A stretch of DNA of 63,716 nt, filler included, from Limisphaerales bacterium (GCA_044225505.1; 3 parts of 3 records of this genome joined end to end with filler, not necessarily neighbours in it); one strand, 5' to 3'; positions 10,324-20,651 are shown, counted from the whole stretch's first letter. Notes: a model not told the origin generated them from the letters alone. Numbers and translations: made by a program.

Positions 10324-12089
10324 ACCGCAAACGGATTCTCAGTGCGATCCTGTGGACCGGGTGGCTTGGGATGATTTCGGCGCAGGAGGCTGGACGCTTA
10401 CCAGCGTCAGGCAATCCCGCGAGCCATGCCTACTCCGCGTTAGGGCTGCCTGCCACCCGCAAAGTTGACGTGGAATGGAACCGGTTCTACGACCACGCTG
10501 GATTGGGCACTATTCTCGAAAAACTGCATCGAGCGTTTCCCGACCTGACAAGACTCTATTCCGTCGGCAAATCCGTGGAAGGCCGTGACCTTTGGTGTCT
10601 GGAAGTTACGGCGTTCAAGGTCGGGAATTGCCAGCGCAAGCCTGGGATGTATATCGATGGCAATATCCATGGGAACGAAGTGCAGGCTGGGGAAGTGGTT
10701 GCCTACACCGCGTGGTATCTTTGCCACCAGTACCGCCAGTTGGCCAAAGTCACCGATTTACTGGATCGCTGCGTCCTGTATCTCGTTCCAACCATCAACC
10801 CGGACGGACGCGATCGATGGTTCCACGAAGCCCAGACCCCGCATTCGAGTCGAAGTGGGCTGCGCCCAGTCGATGACGATGGCGACGGACGGGCGGACGA
10901 GGACGACGTCGACGATCTCGATGGCGACGGTTCCATCGTCCAGATGCGGATCCGCGACCCGAACGGGCGCTGGAAACCTCACCCGCAGTTCCCGGATTAC
11001 TTCATGGTCCGAGCCGCTCCTGACGAGAAAGGCGAATATACCCTTCTTGGATGGGAAGGGTTAGACAATGACGGAGATGGAGAGGTTAATGAGGACCCTG
11101 CGGGCGGCTACGATATGAATCGGAACTGGGCCTGGGACTGGCAACCAAATTATATCCAGCACGGCGCCATGGAGTATCCGTTTTCACTGCCTGAGACGCG
11201 CGCCCTGTCCGAGTTCATCGTGTCCCATCCGAACATCGCCGCGGCCCAATCTTACCACAACGCTGGGGGCATGATCCTGCGCGGCCCAGGGCGCGAAGGA
11301 GGCATTATCCAACCACAGGACGAATCGGTGATGCAATTCATCGCGTCGCGCGGCGAGAAAATGCTTCCCTACTATCGATCCATGGTCATCTGGAAAGACC
11401 TTTATACGGTTTGGGGAGGCGAGGTCGACTGGCTGTATGGCGCCCGCGGTGTGGTCCCGTATACCACTGAACTTTGGACCTCACGGAATGCGAATCGTCG
11501 CGCTGACGGAGAGGGCCGAGATGAAGAAGTCACTTTCCTGCAACACGTGCTGTTGGAAGAGGGTCTGGTCCAATGGCACGCCTTTGACCACCCGACCTAC
11601 GGCAAGGTCGAACTAGGCGGAACGAAGAAGAACTGGGGACGTACTCCTCCCTCGTTCCTTTTGGAGGAAGAATGCCACCGGAACATGGCGTTCACACTCT
11701 ATCACGCCGAACAGATGCCCCGGTTGGCCATTCCTGAAATCCGCCTCGAGAAACTCGACGAACGCCTCTACAAAGCCTGGATTACAGTCGCCAACGATCG
11801 GGTCATTCCAACCCGCCTGGAACAGGATGTTCGAAATCATATCTCGCCGCCTGACACCGTCACAGTGACTGGCGACCAACTCAAAGTGTTAGCCAGCGGA
11901 ATTGTCATCGACCGCTTTGCCTCTCGAGTCACTCCTTCCAAGCGACGCCCCGAACGGCTGGAGATCGACGCAATCCCGGGCATGGACGTGATCCGAACGC
12001 AGTTCTTGCTCAGCGGCTCCGGCACCATGCGGGTGGCTGTCGATTCCGCTCACGGCGGCATTGTAACGGCCGAACGAGTCCTGCCGTGA
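10320..12089 (+). CDS. Secreted M14 zinc carboxypeptidase
   Basis: DGNIHGNE (HxxE), PTINPDG, DMNRNW, SYHNAGG, YTTELW; GTGA overlap with upstream paralog. Confidence 0.9.
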   Translation: MNRKRILSAILWTGWLGMISAQEAGRLPASGNPASHAYSALGLPATRKVDVEWNRFYDHAGLGTILEKLHRAFPDLTRLYSVGKSVEGRDLWCLEVTAFKVGNCQRKPGMYIDGNIHGNEVQAGEVVAYTAWYLCHQYRQLAKVTDLLDRCVLYLVPTINPDGRDRWFHEAQTPHSSRSGLRPVDDDGDGRADEDDVDDLDGDGSIVQMRIRDPNGRWKPHPQFPDYFMVRAAPDEKGEYTLLGWEGLDNDGDGEVNEDPAGGYDMNRNWAWDWQPNYIQHGAMEYPFSLPETRALSEFIVSHPNIAAAQSYHNAGGMILRGPGREGGIIQPQDESVMQFIASRGEKMLPYYRSMVIWKDLYTVWGGEVDWLYGARGVVPYTTELWTSRNANRRADGEGRDEEVTFLQHVLLEEGLVQWHAFDHPTYGKVELGGTKKNWGRTPPSFLLEEECHRNMAFTLYHAEQMPRLAIPEIRLEKLDERLYKAWITVANDRVIPTRLEQDVRNHISPPDTVTVTGDQLKVLASGIVIDRFASRVTPSKRRPERLEIDAIPGMDVIRTQFLLSGSGTMRVAVDSAHGGIVTAERVLP

Positions 12090-12100
12090 CGCCGAACCGC

Positions 12101-12994
12101 TCAGCGAAAGAGCGATCCCTGGGCCTGTGACGTGATGGCGAGCACTGCGGGATGCCCAGATTTCCGTTCTGGGCTAATTGCGTAGAACCGTTCCCGACAC
12201 CCTTCAGCAAGGCCAATCACTTCCAATCCGTAACGGGCGGCAGCGTCGGCAATCACAACCTTTGGAATCGCCATAAATCCAAGACCGTCGACGGCTGCCA
12301 TCTTGGCCAAAGCCGCGTCCTCAAATTCGGCGACAAGCTTCGGCCGAACCTGACGTGAGTGAAACCACTGCTCCAACGACCGACGGAGCGCGTTGTTGGC
12401 CGTGGGAAGCAACGCGGGAGCGCCAGTCAGCCCCTCGGGGAACCTTCGCTTCAACCTCTTCGCCAACGGGGGCGCTGCGCAGAACGCCACTTCACTCTCT
12501 CCCAGCAAATGATTGAACGCGCTGAGTGAGCTGGGCGCGGGCTCATCAGCAAGGACAATGTCCAGCCGAGACATCGCCAGCTGCCCCAGGAGGTCATTCA
12601 CTTTCCCTTCCCGACAGACAGGTTGAACCGGAAACGCCAGCTGCAAAACCGGCTTGAATATGCGGTAAACAACGAGCTTCGGAATCGAATCAGCAATCCC
12701 CAGCTGCAAGTGCAGCGGACGCTGTGCAGAATGCTCCTCAACACCCGCCAGTAGCTCCTCGCCCAAAGAAAAAATCTCCTGAGCATATCGCAGCACGCGC
12801 TGTCCTGCGTCCGTGAGCTGCAATCCGCGGCCCGTACGTCGCAACAACTGCTGGTTGAGTGTGGTTTCCAGGGCTTGAAGCTGCGCACTGATCGTGGAGG
12901 AGGAGATATGCAACCGTTGCGCGGCGGGCTTGATGCCGCCAAACCGAGCGACCTCCCAAAAGTACCGAAGATGATGATAATTGAGGAACGCCAT
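12101..12994 (-). CDS. nhaR: LysR-family transcriptional activator, NhaR-like
   Basis: MAFLNYHHLRYFWEVA HTH start, GIADSIPKLV, EFEDAALAK, ERFYAISPERK..HPAV. Confidence 0.88.
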   Translation of the reverse strand: MAFLNYHHLRYFWEVARFGGIKPAAQRLHISSSTISAQLQALETTLNQQLLRRTGRGLQLTDAGQRVLRYAQEIFSLGEELLAGVEEHSAQRPLHLQLGIADSIPKLVVYRIFKPVLQLAFPVQPVCREGKVNDLLGQLAMSRLDIVLADEPAPSSLSAFNHLLGESEVAFCAAPPLAKRLKRRFPEGLTGAPALLPTANNALRRSLEQWFHSRQVRPKLVAEFEDAALAKMAAVDGLGFMAIPKVVIADAAARYGLEVIGLAEGCRERFYAISPERKSGHPAVLAITSQAQGSLFR

Positions 12995-13005
12995 ACTCCA
13001 CCATA

Positions 13006-13020
13006 TTCGTAAAAACAGAA
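13006..13020. promoter_or_regulatory. Putative LysR (NhaR) binding box
   Basis: TTCGTAAAAACAGAA, imperfect palindrome containing T-N11-A, in the AT-rich nhaR/exoD divergent spacer. Confidence 0.5.
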
Positions 13021-13109
13021 CTCTCAATTTGAAAAATCGTATTTGTCGAACTCTTGCCGAACCGGCACCTTCGCTCACGGGTCGTGAGCTGCCCGAACCC
13101 TTGTCACCC

Positions 13110-13805
13110 ATGAATACATCGGAGTCGCCACCTGTCTCGGCCGGTTCGCAAGGCCTCGTGGCCGCGCGACCGTCGCGCCTGTCCGAACAGATTGGACAAC
13201 TCCTGATGACCTTTGGAGAACGGCCCTTACGTTTGGGGGAGCTCATGGCTAGCCTGAGCGGACGGGCCTATACGCTATTACTGATCGTGTTGTCGTTGCC
13301 CTTTTGTACGCCAATCCCTCTGCCGGGGCTTTCTTTCCCGTTCGGGGTAATCATCGCCATTCTAGGCTTCCAACTGGCCTTGCAAAGACAACCGCAACTG
13401 CCTAATCGGCTTTTGCAAGTCACGCTGCCGCCAAAGTTCTTCACCAAGCTATTGGCCGCCGCTCAGCGCTTCGTCCGCTTGCTCGAAAGGCTGCTTCGTC
13501 CGCGCTATGGCCGTTGGATCAAAGCTCGTGGCACACGGCGCGCATGCGGTTTGATCATCATGGTTTGCGGTGCTCTGCTCCTGCTCCCGCTGCCGATTCC
13601 GTTTAGCAATAGTTTCCCGGCGGTGACGGTTGTGTTGACGGCCGGGGCACTCCTCGAGAGCGACGGCGCATGCCTCATGGCCGCGCTGGCCTGTTTCATG
13701 GCAACGCTCTGTTTCTACGCGGCGCTAGCCTGGGGCGGGCTGGAAGGAATCAACGCCTTATACGCTTGGGCGGATTGGAGAATTGACCGCCAAACAGCAC
13801 CGTGA
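13110..13805 (+). CDS. exoD: ExoD-family membrane protein
   Basis: LSLPFCTPIPLPGLS, LLLPLPIPFSNSFPA, LLESDG. Confidence 0.88.
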   Translation: MNTSESPPVSAGSQGLVAARPSRLSEQIGQLLMTFGERPLRLGELMASLSGRAYTLLLIVLSLPFCTPIPLPGLSFPFGVIIAILGFQLALQRQPQLPNRLLQVTLPPKFFTKLLAAAQRFVRLLERLLRPRYGRWIKARGTRRACGLIIMVCGALLLLPLPIPFSNSFPAVTVVLTAGALLESDGACLMAALACFMATLCFYAALAWGGLEGINALYAWADWRIDRQTAP

Positions 13806-13832
13806 GCGCCATACCAGGGGAAACCGATTGCT

Positions 13833-14816
13833 ATGATTGACAGCGTCTTGCTATGGGGCGGATTTGCGCTTTTTGTTATCGCAGCGCTTTTGCTGGACTT
13901 GGGAGTCTTTCACCGACGCGCGCATGTGGTTCAGTTTGGCGAGGCACTACGCTGGACTGCCCTCTGGGTCAGCATGGCGACGCTCTTCGGCCTCGGGGTT
14001 TGGTATTTCTCGGGCTCAGCGAAGGCACTCGAGTTCTGCACGGGCTATCTAATTGAGTTATCCCTGAGTGCGGACAATGTCTTCGTTTTCGCCCTGATTT
14101 TCACCTATTTCCGGGTTCCCGCACAGTATCAACATAAGGTTCTGTTTTGGGGGGTTCTCGGCGCGCTGGTTATGCGGATCGCTATGATTGGGCTCGGTGT
14201 AACCCTCATTCATCGCTTCGAATGGATCCTTCTCGTTTTCGGGACTCTACTTCTCGTCACCGGGGCGAAAATGGTTTTCGGGAAAGACGAGCAACTCCAC
14301 CCCGAAAACAATCCGGTCGTCCGTTGGTTTACCAAGGTCGTTCCGGTATCTCCACAGTACGAAGGAAGCCGCTTTTATATTCGTCGAAACGGCCGCTGGT
14401 TAGCCACGCCGCTCATGGTGGTACTCATCTGTATCGAAGTGAGCGATCTCGTGTTTGCTGTCGACTCGATCCCCGCGGTCTTCGGTGTGACGCTCGATCC
14501 ATTCATCATTTATACATCGAACGTCTTCGCGATCATGGGTCTCCGTTCCCTTTATTTCGTGCTGGCCGGAGTGATGGACAAGTTCTGCTACCTGAGGATT
14601 GGGTTAGGTATGATTCTGGCCTTGGTGGGGATCAAGATGCTCCTGGCCAAAACACCATATAAAATCGAAACGGTCTATGCGTTAGGAGTCGTGTTTGTCA
14701 TCCTGACACTCTCCATCGTCGCTTCACTAATCCGTAATCGACGACTAAACTCGCTCGCGCCGCCGGCCGTGGCGACGTCCGTAACAGAAGAAACGGTGTC
14801 AGGTCGCCACAGTTGA
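13833..14816 (+). CDS. terC: TerC/Alx-family membrane protein
   Basis: LDLGVFHR, GYLIELSLSADNVFVF, QHKVLFWGVLGA, DLVFAVDSIPA, YTSNVFAIMGLRSLYF. Confidence 0.94.
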   Translation: MIDSVLLWGGFALFVIAALLLDLGVFHRRAHVVQFGEALRWTALWVSMATLFGLGVWYFSGSAKALEFCTGYLIELSLSADNVFVFALIFTYFRVPAQYQHKVLFWGVLGALVMRIAMIGLGVTLIHRFEWILLVFGTLLLVTGAKMVFGKDEQLHPENNPVVRWFTKVVPVSPQYEGSRFYIRRNGRWLATPLMVVLICIEVSDLVFAVDSIPAVFGVTLDPFIIYTSNVFAIMGLRSLYFVLAGVMDKFCYLRIGLGMILALVGIKMLLAKTPYKIETVYALGVVFVILTLSIVASLIRNRRLNSLAPPAVATSVTEETVSGRHS

Positions 14817-14916
14817 CCACTGTTTGCCCCCGAGCCTCGGCTGAGCAGCTTTCCCCATAATCGATTCGGACAAAAAGCAGGTTCTCACGCGCTCAAGCGC
14901 TGATTACGATAGGCTG

Positions 14917-15204
14917 TTGTTAATGGCTATGAGTGAGTTTGAACTTTTGGAGGCCATCGCCCAAGGACAGATTGAGTTTTCTCGGGACGTGTTTCCTGAA
15001 CTCGATGACGTGGATCGCACGCTGCGCCGTTTCGCCGAATTGGGCTACATCAGCAAAGTCGTCCGGGCGGTCTATCCGATTCAGTATACTGGACGGAGAC
15101 TAATGCGCGTGGATGTGGTGGGAGGACTGACGCCGATGGGGGAATATCGCTTGCGGCAGCATCGCTGGGACACGCCGCAACCTCGCGTTCCCGTCGATCA
15201 CTAA
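14917..15204 (+). CDS. Small hypothetical protein, possible winged helix (start may be ATG 14923 or 14929)
   Basis: Isolated ORF filling a gap; L..F...GYI ... LTPMG...L pattern resembles wHTH. Confidence 0.55.
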   Translation: MLMAMSEFELLEAIAQGQIEFSRDVFPELDDVDRTLRRFAELGYISKVVRAVYPIQYTGRRLMRVDVVGGLTPMGEYRLRQHRWDTPQPRVPVDH

Positions 15205-15292
15205 CGCTGACGGGTTTGTCTAGATTCGTTGGCCGTAAGGCGAGCCAGGCTCCCCTTACGGCCAGATTGGTAAACTCGAATGCCGAGGCGTT

Positions 15293-16336
15293 CTATTCGA
15301 CGACTCTACGGCCCTTTTTGCGAGCGTTGTACTGGGTCTCAATCCATCGATAGGTCGCGGCCAATCCTTTGTCCAAGGTGGTGTTTGGCTCCCATTTCAG
15401 CGTCTGTTTAATAAAAGTATTGTCACTGTTTCGGCCCGCTACCCCGCGCGGCGCATTGAGATCGTAATGGCGTTTGAGCTTAACGCCCGCAATCTTTTCG
15501 ACTTTAGAAACAAGGGTATTAATCGAGACCAATTCACTGGACCCCAAGTTGATCGGCGTCGCGATCAGTGCTTCGCTGTGCATGATCATATCGATGCCTT
15601 TAGTGCAATCATCAATAAACATGAAGCTGCGCGTTTGCTCGCCGTCGCCCCAAATGCTGATCTCATGGCGCCCGGTATCAACCGCTTCAACTACTTTACG
15701 ACAAATCGCCGCAGGCGCTTTTTCGCGTCCGCCGTCCCAGGTGCCATTCGGGCCATAGACGTTGTGAAAACGAGCAATGGCAGTTTTTAGGCCGCGCTCC
15801 GCCCAATACTCTTGGCAGAACATCTCACTGACGAGTTTCTCCCAGCCATAGCCTCGCTCGGCCATCGCCGGATAGGCGTCCGATTCCTTCAAGGCACGCA
15901 CTTTAGGATCTTGCTGGAGCAAGGTGTTATAAGCACAGGCTGAAGATGCAAAGAAGTAGCGGCGAGCTCCGGCACGCCAGGCCGCTTCCACCAAATGTGT
16001 GTTAATCAGAATGCTGCGGAGACACTCGACACGGAATCGTTCGATGAACCCCATTCCTCCCATGTCCGCTGCCAAGTTGTAAACCTCGACTGCCCCTTCG
16101 CAGGCCCGGTGGCAGTGCTTCTCGACACTTAAATCCAAATTCAAACATTCAACTCCCGGAACCCGCTGGTACCACTCCGAGAGGGGTTTCTTGTCGATGG
16201 CACGAATCCGAGTAAACCCCTTGTCACTAAAGACACGGGCCAGCGCCCCACCAATAAACCCACCACCTCCGCCAATTACAATGAGATCGTCTTTGCGCAA
16301 CTTCGGATCGTTTTCGACTATTCGATTGGTCTTCAT
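15293..16336 (-). CDS. NAD-dependent epimerase, GDP-mannose 3,5-epimerase-like
   Basis: GGGGFIG, NLAADMGGMGFI, ASSACAY, YGWEK, RFHNVYGPNGTWDGGREKAPAAICRK. Confidence 0.9.
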   Translation of the reverse strand: MKTNRIVENDPKLRKDDLIVIGGGGGFIGGALARVFSDKGFTRIRAIDKKPLSEWYQRVPGVECLNLDLSVEKHCHRACEGAVEVYNLAADMGGMGFIERFRVECLRSILINTHLVEAAWRAGARRYFFASSACAYNTLLQQDPKVRALKESDAYPAMAERGYGWEKLVSEMFCQEYWAERGLKTAIARFHNVYGPNGTWDGGREKAPAAICRKVVEAVDTGRHEISIWGDGEQTRSFMFIDDCTKGIDMIMHSEALIATPINLGSSELVSINTLVSKVEKIAGVKLKRHYDLNAPRGVAGRNSDNTFIKQTLKWEPNTTLDKGLAATYRWIETQYNARKKGRRVVE

Positions 16337-16807
16337 GTTTCTTGTGAGAACTTCCGTTCACCGCCCAGCTCGTTCGGAACTTTTGCGGGCAGGAACACAC
16401 CGGTTTGATTCAGCTACACTTCAGCCGTAGCCCAACTGGCGACGCATTTTCCTGGTTCCTAACCGAAAAGTCCAGTTTCGTTATCGGCTGGGGCCGAGGC
16501 AGGTATGATGCCAACGAATGGCAATTCTCAGATTGGCGCACTCTTTTGTGCTCGTGGACTGTCATTTGGCGTGAGCGCAAAATTGTTTTCGACTGTGCTG
16601 AAGTCCTCGCAGAAGCCGATTCGACTCGCCCTTGCGGTTTCCCTGATGTAAGTCGCACTATATTGTCTTTAAGATACTTACACCACGAGCTCGAGCGCCT
16701 CAGGAAAAAATCGGACCTGGGCATGCACTGTCAGGCCCATTGAATGCTGGGCAAATCGGCCAGAATCGGCATAATCCGCCTCCGCATTTGGCGGAAACAT
16801 ACGACAT

Positions 16808-17743
16808 ATGGGTAAGAGTCTGATCAGTTTGGCTTTGGCGTTTGCCCTATTAGGTTCAGGCTGTTCATTTAAGCGGTTGGCTGTAAACAAATTAGGGGAT
16901 GCTTTATCCTCTGGAGGCTCATCCTTCGGCAGCGAGGAGGACCCTGAACTCGCCCGGGCAGCCGCGCCCTTTAGCCTGAAACTCATGGAAAGCCTGCTCA
17001 ACGAAGCACCTCGGCATGCCGGACTTCTTACCGCCGCAGCGAGCGGGTTTGCCCAATATGCATACGCGTTTGTCCAACAAGATGCCGATACGTTGGAAGA
17101 CCAAGACCTGCAAGCCGCCGAACAGATTCGCACCCGGGCTCGCCGCATGTATCTGCGCGCCCGCAACTACGGCTTACGCGGTCTGGAACTCCGGCACCCC
17201 CATTTTGAAAGAGATCTGCGCTTGGCTCCCCAAAAGGCCGTGCAAACTGCGTCTCGTGCAGACGTTCCGTTGCTCTATTGGACAGCAGCCTCTTGGGGCG
17301 GCGCTATCGCGCTTTCGAAAGACAATCCCGATTCGATTGCTGACATCCCCATTCTTGAAGCCTTGATCGACAAGGCCTTGGAGCTCAATGAGAGCTATGC
17401 GGAAGGTTCGATTCATTCATTCCTAATCACTTACGAGATGAGCCGCCAGGGCGCACCCGGAGATCCAATTGCGCGATCCAGAGCACACTTCGAACGCGCC
17501 ATGGCCCTCTCAGGTGGCCACCAGGCCGGTCCATTGGTGGCGCTGGCCGAGGCCGTCTGCATCCAAACGCAGGATGCAAAAGAGTTTGAAGCCTTGCTCA
17601 ATCGTGCCTTAGCGATCAATGTAGATGCCAAGCCCGAGTGGCGTCTGGCCAATTTGGTCATGCAACGCCGAGCTAAATGGCTCTTAGGTCGGGTAGAACA
17701 ACTTTTTCTTCGATCAGCGACTCCTAGTGAGACGCCGAAATAG
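16808..17743 (+). CDS. TRAP transporter TatT component (TPAT lipoprotein)
   Basis: Lipobox LGSGC; EEDPELARAAAPFSLKLMESLL; YAYAFV; helical TPR-like; precedes dctP/dctQM. Confidence 0.88.
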   Translation: MGKSLISLALAFALLGSGCSFKRLAVNKLGDALSSGGSSFGSEEDPELARAAAPFSLKLMESLLNEAPRHAGLLTAAASGFAQYAYAFVQQDADTLEDQDLQAAEQIRTRARRMYLRARNYGLRGLELRHPHFERDLRLAPQKAVQTASRADVPLLYWTAASWGGAIALSKDNPDSIADIPILEALIDKALELNESYAEGSIHSFLITYEMSRQGAPGDPIARSRAHFERAMALSGGHQAGPLVALAEAVCIQTQDAKEFEALLNRALAINVDAKPEWRLANLVMQRRAKWLLGRVEQLFLRSATPSETPK

Positions 17744-17754
17744 TCGTTATCAAC

Positions 17755-18777
17755 ATGAATCTGCAAGCGGTATGTAGGTTGGCAATCTGCTGGTCTCTGC
17801 TGTGCATCTCTGCGCATGCGGCCGATCCAGTGGTCAAACTCAAACTGGGCACACTCGCTCCCGCCGGAACCTCCTATCATAAGAGCCTTCAGGCAATGGG
17901 CGAAAAGTGGCGGAAGCTCTCCAATGGGACGGTGCAGTTGATGATTTTCCCCGGTGGCACTCAGGGAGGGGAACCGGACATGGTCGGGTTAATGCAAACC
18001 GGCAACATGGACGCCGGGCTCCTGACAGCGGGCGGTCTCTCGGAGATTGACCCATCCGCATTGGCCTTGCAGATCATGCCCATGTCGTTTCGCAGCCTGG
18101 ATGAAGTCGATCATGTTGGCGAAAAACTTCGGCCTCAACTCGAAGCGCGTCTGCTCGCCAAGGGCTACGTCGTGCTATTCTGGAGCGATTCGGGGTGGGT
18201 GCGCTTTTTCTCAAAATCTCACGTGCTCCATCCTGACGACCTCAGGAAGCTAAAGGTTTTCTCTCAAGCGGGTGCCGCCACGCAATTCGACGTTTGGAAA
18301 CTGAGCGGGTTCAACCCCGTCGCGCTCGAGGCCACCGCCATTCCCCAGGGATTGCTCTCGGGAACAATTAGTGCCGTCCCGACCGTGCCGATTTTCGCTC
18401 TCGCAGCGCAACTCGACGGGCAAGCGAAATACATGTTGGAATTGAATTGGGCTCCGCTCGTGGGCGCCGCCGTCGTTCGTAAAAAGGCTTGGGATCGCGT
18501 TCCAGTGGCCTTACGCGCCGGGCTCTTGAACGTTGCGGAAGAGACCGGGAAACAAGTCAGGGCGGCGGGACGTGCGGAGAGTGATTCTGCGGTCGCGGCG
18601 ATGGTCAAGCGAGGCTTGAAGGTCCAGGCCGTTTCGCCGGAGGTGAACGCAGAATGGTGCGAGGTGCTCGAAAAGGTGCAAAGTCATATTCGCGGAAAAA
18701 TTGTGCCGGCAGACATGTTTGACGAAGCACAACGAGCGCTCAAAGAGTTCCGCGCATCTCCCGACAAAGCCAAATGA
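17755..18777 (+). CDS. dctP: TRAP substrate-binding protein DctP
   Basis: Signal peptide; KLGTLAPAGTSY, FPGGTQGGE, PDDLRKLK. Confidence 0.9.
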   Translation: MNLQAVCRLAICWSLLCISAHAADPVVKLKLGTLAPAGTSYHKSLQAMGEKWRKLSNGTVQLMIFPGGTQGGEPDMVGLMQTGNMDAGLLTAGGLSEIDPSALALQIMPMSFRSLDEVDHVGEKLRPQLEARLLAKGYVVLFWSDSGWVRFFSKSHVLHPDDLRKLKVFSQAGAATQFDVWKLSGFNPVALEATAIPQGLLSGTISAVPTVPIFALAAQLDGQAKYMLELNWAPLVGAAVVRKKAWDRVPVALRAGLLNVAEETGKQVRAAGRAESDSAVAAMVKRGLKVQAVSPEVNAEWCEVLEKVQSHIRGKIVPADMFDEAQRALKEFRASPDKAK

Positions 18778-20651
18778 CGTCCGGTCCTTCCCCGGAATCT
18801 GCCTCACCTTCCGCGGCTGGATTGGAACCGTCCGCTGGTAAACCAACTTGGGCTCGCGCCGCTGAGAACTGGTGCCTGGTCGTCCCGCTGGCGGCGATGT
18901 TGTTCCTGCCGCTGTTGGAACTGCCATTGAGGAAAATCTTTAAATCGGGAATCTCTGGTTCTAGTTCGATTGTTCAGCACCTGACCCTTTTGGTAGGCAT
19001 GATTGGCGGAGCCATCGCTGCCCGAGATGGCCGATTGCTGGCCCTATCGCCTCTCCAGACCCTGCTAACAGACCGTGCCAAATCGGCGGCGATGTTGTTC
19101 AGTGGCGTCGTTGGCGCGGTGATTAGCGCATTCCTCTGCGTAGCCAGCGTCCAATACGTCATGGCAGTGAAGCCACTCGGGAAGACCCTGGTCTATGGAA
19201 TTCCAGTTTGGGTCGTACAATTGTGCTTGCCTATCGGGTTTGGCGCAATTGCGTCTCGACTCATTTGGCACGGCGCTAAGACCTGGCGCGGCCGGACTCT
19301 CGGTTTTGCCATCGCGGCGATCCTAATTGGGGGTATTCCTTATTTGCCCGGCGACCCAGCGAAGTGGATGCCCGTGGCCTTGTCGATTCTCCTCTTGGCA
19401 ACGCTGTTTGGAGCTCCGGTATTCACCGCTCTGGGAGGCGCCGCGCTAATTCTTTTTTGGGGGCACGACATGCCCATCTCAGCGGTCCCCCTCAAGCATT
19501 ATAGCCTAACGACCAACGACACGCTGCCTAGCATCCCCATCTTTACGCTCGCGGGCTATTTTCTGGCTGAAAGTGGAGCCTCAAAGCGCCTTGTGCAGGT
19601 CTTCGAGGCGTTAGTCGGACAGATTCGCGGCGGCCCAGCCATTGTCACGTGCGTCGTCTGCGCCTTTTTCACGTCGTTCACCGGGGCGTCTGGCGTGACG
19701 ATCCTTGCCCTGGGCGGCGTCTTGATGCCCGTTCTGCTGGCCGCACGCTATTCCGAGCGAAGTGCCTTGGGTCTACTGACCGGGGCGGGCTCGCTCGGTA
19801 TGTTGTTTCCGCCCTGTCTCCCCCTGATTCTTTACGCCCTGGTTGCCAACCATAGCGCCCATGCGGATCTGACGATTCAGCAAATGTTCCTTGGAGGGAT
19901 TGGGCCAGGCATCCTCCTGCTCCTTCTGACCGCGGCCTGGGGCATCCGCCAGCACCCGCCAGGTCCGGCGGCAACGGGCAAGTTCCGATGGGGAGCGGCG
20001 CGACAAGCTTTGTGGTATGCGAAATGGGAAATGCTTATTCCGGTGATCGCGATCGGCTCACTCTTCACGGTGCCGACCACGGTCGAAGCGGCCGCCATTA
20101 CTGCTTCGTATGCTCTGTTCGTGGCCACGGTCATCCACCGCGACCTTCATCCTTGGCGCGATCTGCCCAGGGTCATGACGGAATGCGGTTTACTCGTCGG
20201 CGGAGTCCTCCTGATCCTCGGTGTGGCTCTCGGTTTCACCCATTACCTCGTTGACGCCCAGATCCCCGATAAAATGGTGGAGTGGGCCACGGCGACGGTT
20301 CGATCGAAATGGGTTTTCCTCCTGGCGCTGAACCTTGTCCTGCTGATCGTCGGCGGACTCATTGAAATCTACGCCGCCATCATCGTCGTCGTGCCGCTCC
20401 TCGTTCCGTTGGGAGTGGCTTTCGGGATGGACCCTGTTCATCTGGGCATCATCTTCCTTGCGAACATGGAACTCGGATTCCTGGCCCCACCGGTCGGCCT
20501 CAATCTGCTCCTCTCCGCTTACCGATTTAACAAGCCGATCGCCGAAGTTACGCGTGCCTCGTTCCCGATGCTACTGCTGCTGATTCTTGGGGTCCTGCTG
20601 ATCACGTATTTCCCACCGTTGACAACGTTCCTGCCGCAGCTCTTTAAATAG
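18774..20651 (+). CDS. dctM: TRAP fused small/large permease DctQM
   Basis: Many TM helices; IPIFTLAG, FTGASGVTILALGG, GSLGMLFPP, DPVHLGIIF, PPVGLNL. Confidence 0.92.
   Translation: MTSGPSPESASPSAAGLEPSAGKPTWARAAENWCLVVPLAAMLFLPLLELPLRKIFKSGISGSSSIVQHLTLLVGMIGGAIAARDGRLLALSPLQTLLTDRAKSAAMLFSGVVGAVISAFLCVASVQYVMAVKPLGKTLVYGIPVWVVQLCLPIGFGAIASRLIWHGAKTWRGRTLGFAIAAILIGGIPYLPGDPAKWMPVALSILLLATLFGAPVFTALGGAALILFWGHDMPISAVPLKHYSLTTNDTLPSIPIFTLAGYFLAESGASKRLVQVFEALVGQIRGGPAIVTCVVCAFFTSFTGASGVTILALGGVLMPVLLAARYSERSALGLLTGAGSLGMLFPPCLPLILYALVANHSAHADLTIQQMFLGGIGPGILLLLLTAAWGIRQHPPGPAATGKFRWGAARQALWYAKWEMLIPVIAIGSLFTVPTTVEAAAITASYALFVATVIHRDLHPWRDLPRVMTECGLLVGGVLLILGVALGFTHYLVDAQIPDKMVEWATATVRSKWVFLLALNLVLLIVGGLIEIYAAIIVVVPLLVPLGVAFGMDPVHLGIIFLANMELGFLAPPVGLNLLLSAYRFNKPIAEVTRASFPMLLLLILGVLLITYFPPLTTFLPQLFK

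Noticed and set aside
12981..13246. Apparent head-to-head overlap of nhaR and exoD
   Set aside because: Caused by over-extended ORF starts; likely starts are 12994 and 13110
16337..16807. ORFs 16405-16743 and 16410-16724, or a riboswitch upstream of the TPAT operon
   Set aside because: Not protein-like and no recognisable aptamer; treated as a divergent promoter region
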